A stretch of 42,333 bases of DNA, taken from Piedraia hortae CBS 480.64 (Eukaryota). This document shows positions 33,498 to 42,333 of the stretch, piece by piece. Location: positions 62,001 to 104,333 of the forward strand of contig MU006009.1 in NCBI GenBank assembly GCA_010093745.1. Reading direction: 5' to 3'. The translations under genes were made by a program, and so were the position numbers. The notes under the pieces were generated by a model. The model was not told the DNA's origin. It searched no databases and saw only the letters and a program-made list of their open reading frames with translations. Positions within the stretch are counted from its first letter, which is position 1, and each line of letters begins with the position of its first letter.

Positions 33498-34420
33498 TCA
33501 AGGTAGATTAGCGCTCTTCCGGCTCCTGATTCTGGGCGTCTCCGATTCCTTGTTGTCCTTGTCCTTTTCATCAGACTCTTCGGACTTTTCTTTCCTGGAC
33601 GACTTGTCCTTCTTGTCCTTCTCATTATCGTCTTTATCGCCATCACCCCCCTTCTTGTCCTCCTTGCCGTGTCCCCTCATGGCCTTCACAGCCTCTGCCC
33701 GCGCTTTCATACGCTCCTCTGCAGCAGCAACCATATCCATCCATTGGTCCTCGCCACTGTAGCGCTCATGATGGATGCGCCTCTCTATAAGATGTTTATG
33801 AGTAGGATCATTTGGGTCGAGAACCTTGACCGTTTCCCATCGTCCTGAGCCGGTGGCACGATCACGTCCTTCGAGAGCGAGAGATATGATGACAATGGCA
33901 ACCGTGAGGCCCTGCGCGTACACACGAGCCTGCACAAGCTTCTGAGCCGTCGTCAGGTACGGGTTGCGGCCAACGAGACTGAAGGCGATGCCCAGCGAAG
34001 CCACCCAAGACGCAAATACGATCGAATAGCGGTTCTCGCTAAACCATTCCTTGGTGCGCTCTGTTGATGTGCGACCAGCCGCAATCTGATCCATGATAGA
34101 CTGCTGGCGATCCTTGTAGTCGCGGTCTTTGTGCTTGGCCTGTTCGTACTTGCTGGACGCCCGATCGGCGCTAACAATCGTAGCAAAGGTGCCGCATGAC
34201 GTGACGAGGAAGGCACGAAACGGGAGTGTCAGAGACCGCACCGCCGGATAGCGACGTCCGGCGAGGGTAACGCCAAGGACGCCGGCGGTGACGCCAGCCA
34301 GGCCGCCCGCAACTCCACCGCGGACCGTTGCCCTGCACCTGTTAGTCTCGTGGTCGCCGGGTATCGTCGCGGACAGTACCTATAATGCTCCTCCTCTTCT
34401 TGCTTCGTGAGAATTTTCAT
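33498..34420 (-). CDS. RCF2: Respiratory supercomplex factor Rcf2 (HIG1 domain); exons 34420-34380 and 34332-33498
   Basis: MKILTKQEEEEHY-R-ATVRGG across a 47-bp intron (34333-34379, GTACTG...ACTAAC...CAG), and NRYSIVFASW...AQKLVQARVYAQGLT. Confidence 0.9.
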
Positions 34421-36342
34421 GTTTGGCGGACGGAGCTGCAGCGGGATTCAAGATGTAGTCCATTGATGACGTTATCTCACGTTAGCGCTCAGGTGCATCT
34501 ATCAATCCCTGACACCGATGCGAAATGCTTTAGAAATGTCTCGAGTGACAATCGGGACAGTTCACAAAACAGCAGCTGCCAGATGTCCAACTCGTCTGTA
34601 GACACTGCATGAAGTCTGGGTGAGAGCACCAGCAGATGGAAAGTCACGCCAAGTGACCAACTTGTAGGCTACGAGACTCCGCTATAGGCAATCATGCCAC
34701 CCACACCTCAACCAGTCCGCGGTCGTGCAGCATAGCACGTCATCGCTAGCATCAATTGGGGTCAAGGCCGGTCCAATGGGAAAGCCATGTTTTTGGCAGA
34801 ATTCGTCAGGCTCATTTAAATCATTTCGTCCGTTCAGAAGTTCTTCACTTTCAAAACACAGATAGATACGTCGTAGTTCCAAAACAATTGGACAAATTTG
34901 CAAGACGTCGACCTGGTAGTGTGTGCAGTAGGTCGCTTGAAAGTTTAAAGAATTTGCGTGTCTGCAGTCAAGCACTCACAGAGCACGAAGAATATGTAAA
35001 TACCCAGTTTTCAAGTCATCCTTGTTGTATCAGGTATGAGTGAATAGAGATCCTCAGTGTACCATCGTTCTCGAGTGAAACGCCAAGATCCAGATCGGTC
35101 TGGGGAAATCCCCACTGCGGTTTGGTCTGGACAAAAAATTCCACCCGCACATTCACAGCATTTCGTCGATTTCCCGGCTCTGCCTCGAGGCTCCCAATAG
35201 TGTTTTTAGGCCGGCCCTTGTTTTGAAGTCCAACCCTGCCTCAGCTCCCTCAATCGTCAAAGGACCAATCTTACCATACTCACAAAGTCGTCGAACCCAG
35301 AGAACGGGTAAAGTTGAACGGGCAACGTCGACCACGTTACACCGGCCGTGGATCTCTACATTCAGCGAATTCACCCCGCCGTTGCTGTGTCATAAAGCTG
35401 TTGGAGAGGGCAACGATATTGTTGTGCATCAGCGCGCGCCCTATGGTGGCGACCTCGTTTCATGTGCCTTCTCTGGCTTGCGCCAAGATGCTCTCAAAAG
35501 TATATCAAAGGCCATCACCCGGCTGTCATAATGCTCGTCGTTGCCGCGGACAACGTGCTCGATCACGTTTGGCGTGAGGCCCTGGGAGAGCGGGAACCTA
35601 GGTGGCTCTTGGAGCAGTGTGTTACGAACGGTGCTGCTGCTTCTCTCGGAATGGGCTGGAGAACAAGAAAAGGTTCCACATGGGGAAACATGACGAGACG
35701 TCTTGTGTGTGTAACGGCATCTGTTAATTAGCGGCAATGGCAGTGCCAGGGACGGTCATGGTGGAGTTAGCCTCTCACCGGTGGGGATAAAGCCTGGCCG
35801 ATAAGGAGAACCAGACAAGAGACCTCGTGCATAGGCTGGCACATGCTGCTAGCGTTAGAAACAGTGGCAGAGACGGAGATGATGGAGATAGCATTTCACT
35901 GACTGGAACGTGGATAGCTTTTCGTACGCGGATATTGGGATGGCTAGTATTGAGAAGACATATAACCACTGCCATGACTTTTGTGAGTATACGACCGAGC
36001 TCGAGCCCTCAACAAGCCACGCGGAGCCGTGGTGGGAGGAACTGGCCGTACTATCAGATGACCAAGGTCCATAGCTCTGTCTTGATAGAAAGTCACCTCC
36101 TTTGTCGTTAGTGACATCGTAGTCCTTTCTTGCAGATGGGCATGTTTGCGAAGAGCTACAGCATTCACAGTTAACACACGCCGTCATTCAACCAAAGAAA
36201 CAACCCTTTGAGTCAGCGGGACGGGAGACAGCCACACCGACCCCTGCCAAGACAGGTGGGTCTACGCACTCATCCCCTTAAAAAAAAAAATTTCACAATT
36301 CTCTCTGGTGATCACGCAACACCATCCAACCACACAGACACA

Positions 36343-36945
36343 ATGTGGCCAAACATGAACATCATGAACGAAGGCCCCTCGCGTGGCAGCCTTCATCCCA
36401 GTTTTGGCTCTCTTCGCCCTGTCGGGAGCCCAGCCCCCGGGTCTGTCCTCAGCGTCCGCACCGTGCCCACTCCGACCCGCACGCCTACAGCCGCGTCTGC
36501 TCTCACCGTGGCCGCAGCCGAACCAACCGCCCCCTACATCAAAGGCCGCCACACTGTGGGCACGGGACAGATCGTCTACGAGGTCTACCAGCCAGGTAAG
36601 GGTACGTCCACCGTCTCCCTGGAAGACGTGGAGAAATACATCCCCTACGAAGTCTTGGAACGATTTGAACACGCCCGCATCAGAGAGGAAGAATTCAATT
36701 TTCCCCAGCCGAAGAGGAGGGCCTCCAAGGGATCCGCCAAGAAGTCTCGTGGACGCAAACCCGTTCCGATCACGGACGATGAATATGAGGATGGTGGTGT
36801 TAGTGGGGATGGAGATAATGCTACTGGCAAAGGTGCTGATAACGAGAAGGACGAGGACGTTGAGAAAGCATATTTCTACAATGAGGAACCTGAAGAGAAT
36901 TTGTCGGATATCAACCCGGGGGAGCAAGCCAAGGTAACGGACTAA
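36343..36945 (+). CDS. Hypothetical protein (200 aa) with a basic patch and acidic tail
   Basis: ATG after a C/A-rich leader. A globular-looking segment (IVYEVYQP...VSLEDVEKYIPYEVLERFEHARIREEE) is followed by PKRRASKGSAKKSRGRKP and an acidic tail. Confidence 0.55.
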   Translation: MWPNMNIMNEGPSRGSLHPSFGSLRPVGSPAPGSVLSVRTVPTPTRTPTAASALTVAAAEPTAPYIKGRHTVGTGQIVYEVYQPGKGTSTVSLEDVEKYIPYEVLERFEHARIREEEFNFPQPKRRASKGSAKKSRGRKPVPITDDEYEDGGVSGDGDNATGKGADNEKDEDVEKAYFYNEEPEENLSDINPGEQAKVTD

Positions 36946-38300
36946 GGTGCTGGGAGGGTGGGTAGATGATCAGTTGGTCTGTGTTTACGATCGCTGTTCA
37001 TTTTTCGTAAATGTGCTGTCTATGTGATGTGTTTGTCTGGAGGAAACAGCTGCTTTCCTGGCTACTCTTCTGCCAACCGATCGGAATGTAGGAGGAGCAG
37101 CTCAATAGTCCAAACCACAAACAGCCGTAGACAGACACTCTGAACTGTTGCATCGGGTAGATCAGATGAAACTTTTTGCTACCCCCCGCTTTTTTCCTAC
37201 TTGCGTCTCAAAGCTTTACACCGTGAACAATCAGTCTGGAGCAGAGCTGGCTTCCCTTGAACAATACCGCAATCTGGCATGTTGCTAGCTGCCCTGGCAG
37301 GAAAACCAGCGCCTGCATGTAACGAATAGCGGTGTCTGCACCGCACAGCCATGGCCAGTTCTTGCAAACCGCAAAGCCGGACAGACATCCGCTGGGAAAA
37401 TCAAAACGCAGAAAATGGCGAGCACTTTACCAACGCTACCTTCAGTGCGGCCGCACGAAATGGCTCCGAGCCCCTTGCACCGGCCTAGCTCAAGCCCTGC
37501 AATCCGACTGCGAGAGGGTTGCTGCGGCGAGGAGCAAAGTTCAGCTACGGCGTGAGGCCATTACTCTGCACAGCAGCTGTAGGTGGACCTGGCAACGAGT
37601 GAAGGAACGAGGACATGAAAACATTTCGGTCGTCTCCTGTATCATGGAAATTTTTTCGTCAACGGGAGCGCTCACTGCCGGAGCAGATCTATGAGATAAG
37701 GGCGGCGGTAGAGGCGAGAATTTAGAGGCCTCTGGCAAGAACAGTGGTCGAGCAGTCCTGTACGGACTTAGCGACGAGAGAGGAAGTGAGGAGATGGTGT
37801 CGTTTTGCTCCTTTTTGTGGAAACGTTTCTATCAACAGAAGCACCCAGCCCTGTGGGATAAGCACTGTTAGAGGACAGTGTCTGAGGGAAGGGTATTTGA
37901 TTATCTCTGGTAATCGCCAAGGCGGGATTCTGTCTGTCGTGTGGCTACGCGTACAGCTTGAAGGCCAGCGAGAACGCTACGTCGCTCGCCTGATTCACCT
38001 GTCTGTGCGGCTTAGTAGCTGCTCCAAAAAAAAAAAATCCATTTCGAACTGGATTAAGGCTGAGGGACTTACACCGTCGTGCGTAGAGATGTAGGAGCTT
38101 GACCGACCGAATTTCAGCTACGAAAATGGATCAAGTTCGTGGGCCACCAATTTTCATCCAGCCCTCCATTCCTTCCAAATAAGCCTTCCTAAAATTATGC
38201 TCACAAACACCCCTGCCCAAAAACCACCCCTGTCCCCCCCTCCACAAGAGAAAAAAAAGAATCCACACCACAACCCACAAAATTCACCAAACCAAACACA

Positions 38301-38640
38301 ATGGCCTCCAACCTCACCATAACCATCATGTACGTCCCCACCTCCTTGGAATGTCCTCACTAACTAGCCCAGCAAGAATGAGATCGACCGCCACACGGTC
38401 ATAATGGACTCTCTGTACCCTCAAGCCCAAGCTATCATCGAACGCACGAATGGCACCGCTATCAACGAGGAATCGTTTACTCTCGTCGCACAGTGTTACA
38501 AAATTTCAACTCGCTTGTGTCAACTTCACGCTGCGTTGAGAAAGGAGATGGAACGGGACGACGTTGGGTGGAGTGATGTGACGGGGAAGTGCCGCTGTGA
38601 AAAGTTTCGTTACTTCGGGTTTGGGGGGAAGGACCATTGA
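38301..38640 (+). CDS. Two-exon orphan protein (98 aa); exons 38301-38329 and 38373-38640
   Basis: A canonical 43-bp intron (GTACGT...CACTAAC..CCCAG) joins MASNLTITI in frame to IKNEIDRHTVIMDSLYPQ...GGKDH*. C/A-rich leader and G/T-rich trailer. Confidence 0.6.
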
Positions 38641-39682
38641 TGATGGGGAGGGAGTAGGCGTTATATGGTGTTTTCGGAGTTAAGGATGGGATGGGGTGGA
38701 GAGAGGGGTTTGTGGAAAATGGGCGTTCTTTGACTTATTAGTGAGGGATGTTCTATGTAGAGTATTCCTCCGCGTGAGGAAGTTAAGAATAGCGATTTAT
38801 CAGGAGGGTTTAAGATGTGGTGGGATGGCATGGCTGAGTGACGGATGGGTGGTTCTTTCGCTTTTACAGTTCTCTTTTTTTTATCTCGTAAGCTAGGGGG
38901 CGGAGATCTTGTCGAGGATGAGGGTATGTATCGCTATTTTGGTGCAGATATCGGAAAGGTTCTGGAGATTGGTAATGCCCAAAGTTGTTGGAGAGGCCGC
39001 ACGGTGGTTGGTCGCTCTTACGGAATGTGGATTTGTTCGGCATGGTGTGTTTGCTTCTAAGCACAGTGGCGAGCCGGGAAACCATGTGATGCATCTGAGG
39101 GCGGTAGGCGGTGATATTTCCATCAGTGGATCGATGATATATAGGTGTGAGAGATTACTCATGGCTCTGTAGGCTCACTGTTTTGCCCAAAGTGGAGAGA
39201 CATTCTATACCGCAATACATGTCAAATTAAAAGTGCTCCGCAAGTGCTGCCCGAGTGTTGGGTTTGTGAATTTGGATGGAACTCGTTCGTAGAAGTAAAG
39301 GAGTGGAGTTTCATGGTTTCATCAACAAGTAAGGCCTGATTCCACATGGGGCCCAACCGAGCTTGACCAGGGCATTCTCCTACATAATGACTCTCATGCT
39401 GTAAACACTCGTAAAATTCCTCAACTGTACCCTCGGCTGGTCCGTACGACCAAGTCAAGTGGCAATCCCTCGGAGAATTTTAAGCCTCGCAGTCGTTCAA
39501 CGATACACAAAGACAAATACTTCAAATCCCTGCAGCACGCTTTCAGTACTACAAGGCGTTGCGGGATCCTCTGCAGCATTTGAGATTTGTCCAATTGTGC
39601 GTCCCAAATACGCGCGTATATGTGCATTAGGGCGAACACGTTGTCTGAGAAACTATGAATGCAATACGCCACAGATTACAAG

Positions 39683-40426
39683 CTATGACCTATCCTTTCT
39701 TCTTTCTGTAGGACGCCTCTTCAGTTCTTTCTGCGCTTGTCTTACTCTTCGCTTCTTAACGGCCTTTTCCCTATCCCTGCTCTTCATGGACTTGAACTGA
39801 TCCTCCAGGACTTGTTTCTTGATGTCCTTCTTCTTCAAGTAGAACGGGGTCTTCCCCTCTTTAATTCTAGCCTTTTCTTGTTGCTTGTTCCTCCTTATGA
39901 CCTCTCGCTCGCGTTCTTTCATTTCACGAGCTTTGATGCGATTAGATAGGGAGTCAATCTTTCTCTGTATTGTCTCGCGCTCTGCTCCCGTGTACTTCTT
40001 GGCTTCTGCACGAAGCTCATCGAGCTCGGCAGTCTCATATTCGTGTAAGAAAGCATAACCATTGCGACTATATGGGTTGGGTTGAGCGGATGCAGAGCGA
40101 CCAAGTGGGAGGAAGCGCGGATCACGACTCTTGATTTTGGGCATGGAGATAACGGTGCGCTTCCGCGTCACGGGCTTCTTGCTTGTGAGCATCACCGGCG
40201 CGTGCTTGGACTTTTTTCTTGGAGGGCCGTCTGATGGTGACTCCTCCTCATCTTCATCCGAGGCGCTTGAATCGCTGTCTGAACTGAGATCTCCGTCCGA
40301 TGCCTCTGAGGCGGGCTTCTGGCTGGTTAATTTCTCTTGCTCCAGAGAGTCCTGGGCAGCTTTCAGTGCGCCAAAAGATATATGGCGCATTGCCTCCGGC
40401 ATTGTCGGCCCTTTTGAGGACGGCAT
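39683..40426 (-). CDS. RRP36: rRNA biogenesis protein Rrp36
   Basis: ISFGALKAAQ, SKHAPVMLTSKKPVTRKR, RDPRF, YAFLHEY and GKTPFYLKK. Confidence 0.9.
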   Translation of the reverse strand: MPSSKGPTMPEAMRHISFGALKAAQDSLEQEKLTSQKPASEASDGDLSSDSDSSASDEDEEESPSDGPPRKKSKHAPVMLTSKKPVTRKRTVISMPKIKSRDPRFLPLGRSASAQPNPYSRNGYAFLHEYETAELDELRAEAKKYTGAERETIQRKIDSLSNRIKAREMKEREREVIRRNKQQEKARIKEGKTPFYLKKKDIKKQVLEDQFKSMKSRDREKAVKKRRVRQAQKELKRRPTERRKDRS

Positions 40427-41854
40427 TTTTGTAGATCAGTTGCTGTTATCCTTCCACGTCGTAGAGGGTGTCCGCGTTCTGGATCTAAAGGGCTCGATTG
40501 GCATGCTATGTGAAGCCTTCCCCGCAATTAGGGACGGGCCGTTCCGTATGGAGACATCAACGCCTGAGGCACCACACTAACCACCGCCATCACGTGGTCG
40601 ACGGGTACCTGTCAGGGTTTTGTCGGTCAGGCGCAGCGCCGCAACAAGTGCTAGACGCATCCTTGTAAGACGATGGACGGCGCTGGACCTATCGGGAGGA
40701 TGTGTCTGGAACAAGAAGGAGCACAAAGTCATGCTACCTGTTGGCATCCGGACGATATAATATTTTCAGATTAGCGCAAGCGCGAGGCTGTAACGGCTTG
40801 GTTTGGCGTTTGAGCCTGGCTCTGTGTGATGGCTGCACTTTCGATGGACCGAGCTAATGTGTTCAATACCGGCTCAAACGATGACAGGTTGACGGTTGTC
40901 ACGTTTCCAAGTAATGCCGGAGGCTTCCAAGCCCCAATCCGGGGTTGCACGAGATGTGGTGTGACAGATACTGCTCCCCCACACTGCACAGACCGATCGA
41001 CACTACATTTGGACATTTGTTTTCCCGCCCGAGAAGTCTGGTTGTGGCGGCGCCCGTTTTCTCATGAAAACTCAAATGCCCCACATCATGGATGGAACGG
41101 ACAGGCACATGGCTAACGTGAAGGCGTTCTGCTTAAGATTTAGCCACTGGTAGATGGTTAATTGAGAGCAAATGCAGGACATGAGAGAGAGGCTTGGGAT
41201 CATATCGAGCCCGAGATTGTTTGGCATGCCACGTCCGGAGCAATCCGAAGCAGTAGATGCATTCCGAGACGGCGGGCAAAAGGAAACGGCTCGGCTGCAA
41301 GGACGTTGCGGGAGGTTGCAAGTGACAACATGGGGCTCGGCTTGCTGTTTGCGGTGGGCATGTGAAGCATTGATTGATCGTCGGCCGAGGATTAATGGCA
41401 GATCACCCCACATCTGTGCAGACCCTATTAATTACGAACAACAGACTGCAGGTGATTTGAGGTGACTGGGATAAAGTTTGGTGATTGGACGATGGCCGCA
41501 ACCCAAAACGGTTAGTGACAGTTAGAAACGTTGAAACAGAAACTTGATGCGCAGATCTGACGTCAGTGCGGCGCTGGACCAGGCCAGGTTCACTAGACGC
41601 CGTTTAGGTGGTGGCATGGCTTGATCCAATGAGATCGCTTCCCGTGCTCGACAGGGGTTGTGGCGCCGGGCTTTCGGAGCCGGGGCGGTTCCGCCCGGGT
41701 CAGGGTACTCTGAACCCAGGTCGGACTAGCGCCGAATCTAGGCTTGGGTGAGGAAGTCGTAGGCTCCACTTCGCGCACAGCATTCCCACATTCTTTTGAC
41801 AGCCCCCTTGGTGCCAGTAAACCTCGCCGATTTTGACACCGTCAACCCATCAGA

Positions 41855-42302
41855 ATGGGACTGGCTATCGATAGCCGTGAACCTCCTGAAAAACAGGTGG
41901 TGACGTCAAATAGAATCTCTCGCATAACCAACGATGGCCACGAGATTCTCTACGTTCTAAAAGTTATCCAGCAGCCGTCGAGGGCGAGGGCATGTGGCTC
42001 GGGAGCGAAGGCGTCTGCCGACCGACGGCCAGTCGACCCTCCGCCCATATTGCAGCTCAAGATTTACGATGGTGACCGGGAGGATCCGAGCCGCGACATC
42101 ACTTGTAGCCTCGACGCTAGTATTATAATTGTGAGCAGATGTGTACCTGCATACAAATCTCTACGGAAAACTAGTTGACGCGTGAAGTCGAGAGCCGAGC
42201 GACGGTTACTAATAATGCGCGTAATATACCGCATATTCACAACACTCCCCCTTGCTGATTCGATTCAGCACTCCACGGTGCGCGGTTTCGATCAAAAGAT
42301 GG
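41855..42302 (+). CDS. veA: Velvet-domain regulator, VeA-like; 3' part lies outside the window; exon 41855-42130 and probably 42269-42302
   Basis: SRITNDGHEILYVLKVIQQPSRARACGSGAKASADRRPVDPPPILQLKIY is the VeA-type N-terminus. Donor GTGAGC at 42131, acceptor GCTGAT..TTCAG at 42268, next donor GTGAGT at 42303. Confidence 0.72.
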
Positions 42303-42333
42303 GTGAGTAAGCAGCTTTTGAAACATGGAATGC

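Noticed and set aside
39222..39672. Two short - strand ORFs downstream of RRP36
   Set aside because: Non-ATG starts in the track, no recognisable motif and no convincing splice model.
1..42333. CRISPR arrays, transposases, LTRs, RIP-like AT-rich blocks, snRNA/5S/telomerase RNA
   Set aside because: No repeat-spacer structure, transposase/RT motif, terminal repeat or diagnostic RNA motif was seen by eye; an Rfam/Infernal scan would be needed to exclude small ncRNAs.

Overview
Eukaryotic, gene-dense fungal genomic DNA, most likely a filamentous ascomycete (Pezizomycotina). Evidence: short GT-AG introns (mostly 43-68 bp) with CTRAC-type branch sites, and very short intergenic gaps. About 20 protein-coding genes are present: a 5'-truncated Puf4-like Pumilio protein, Pop8, Set2, an AT-hook protein, an EDC4/Pdc1-like decapping scaffold, an aldo-keto reductase, Nrd1/Seb1, citrate synthase next to the Yhm2 carrier, SelO/Fmp40, a DCAF4-like WD40 protein, GABA transaminase, Far11/HAM-2, Rcf2, Rrp36, a 3'-truncated VeA-like velvet gene and several small orphans. 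The main find is at 8050-9425: mitochondrial ribosomal protein uS3m (rps3/VAR1/S5), normally one mtDNA gene, appears here as two nuclear genes. The N-terminal half is on the - strand and the C-terminal half on the + strand, head-to-head and about 140 bp apart. Other notable signals are ten TGTA cores directly behind the Puf gene (possible autoregulation), a TAATG stop/start overlap joining SET2 to the POP8 frame, and an isolated 78-bp relic of a P5C dehydrogenase gene. All family calls come from motif recognition by eye; no database search was run. No tRNA, rRNA, CRISPR or recognisable transposon was found.
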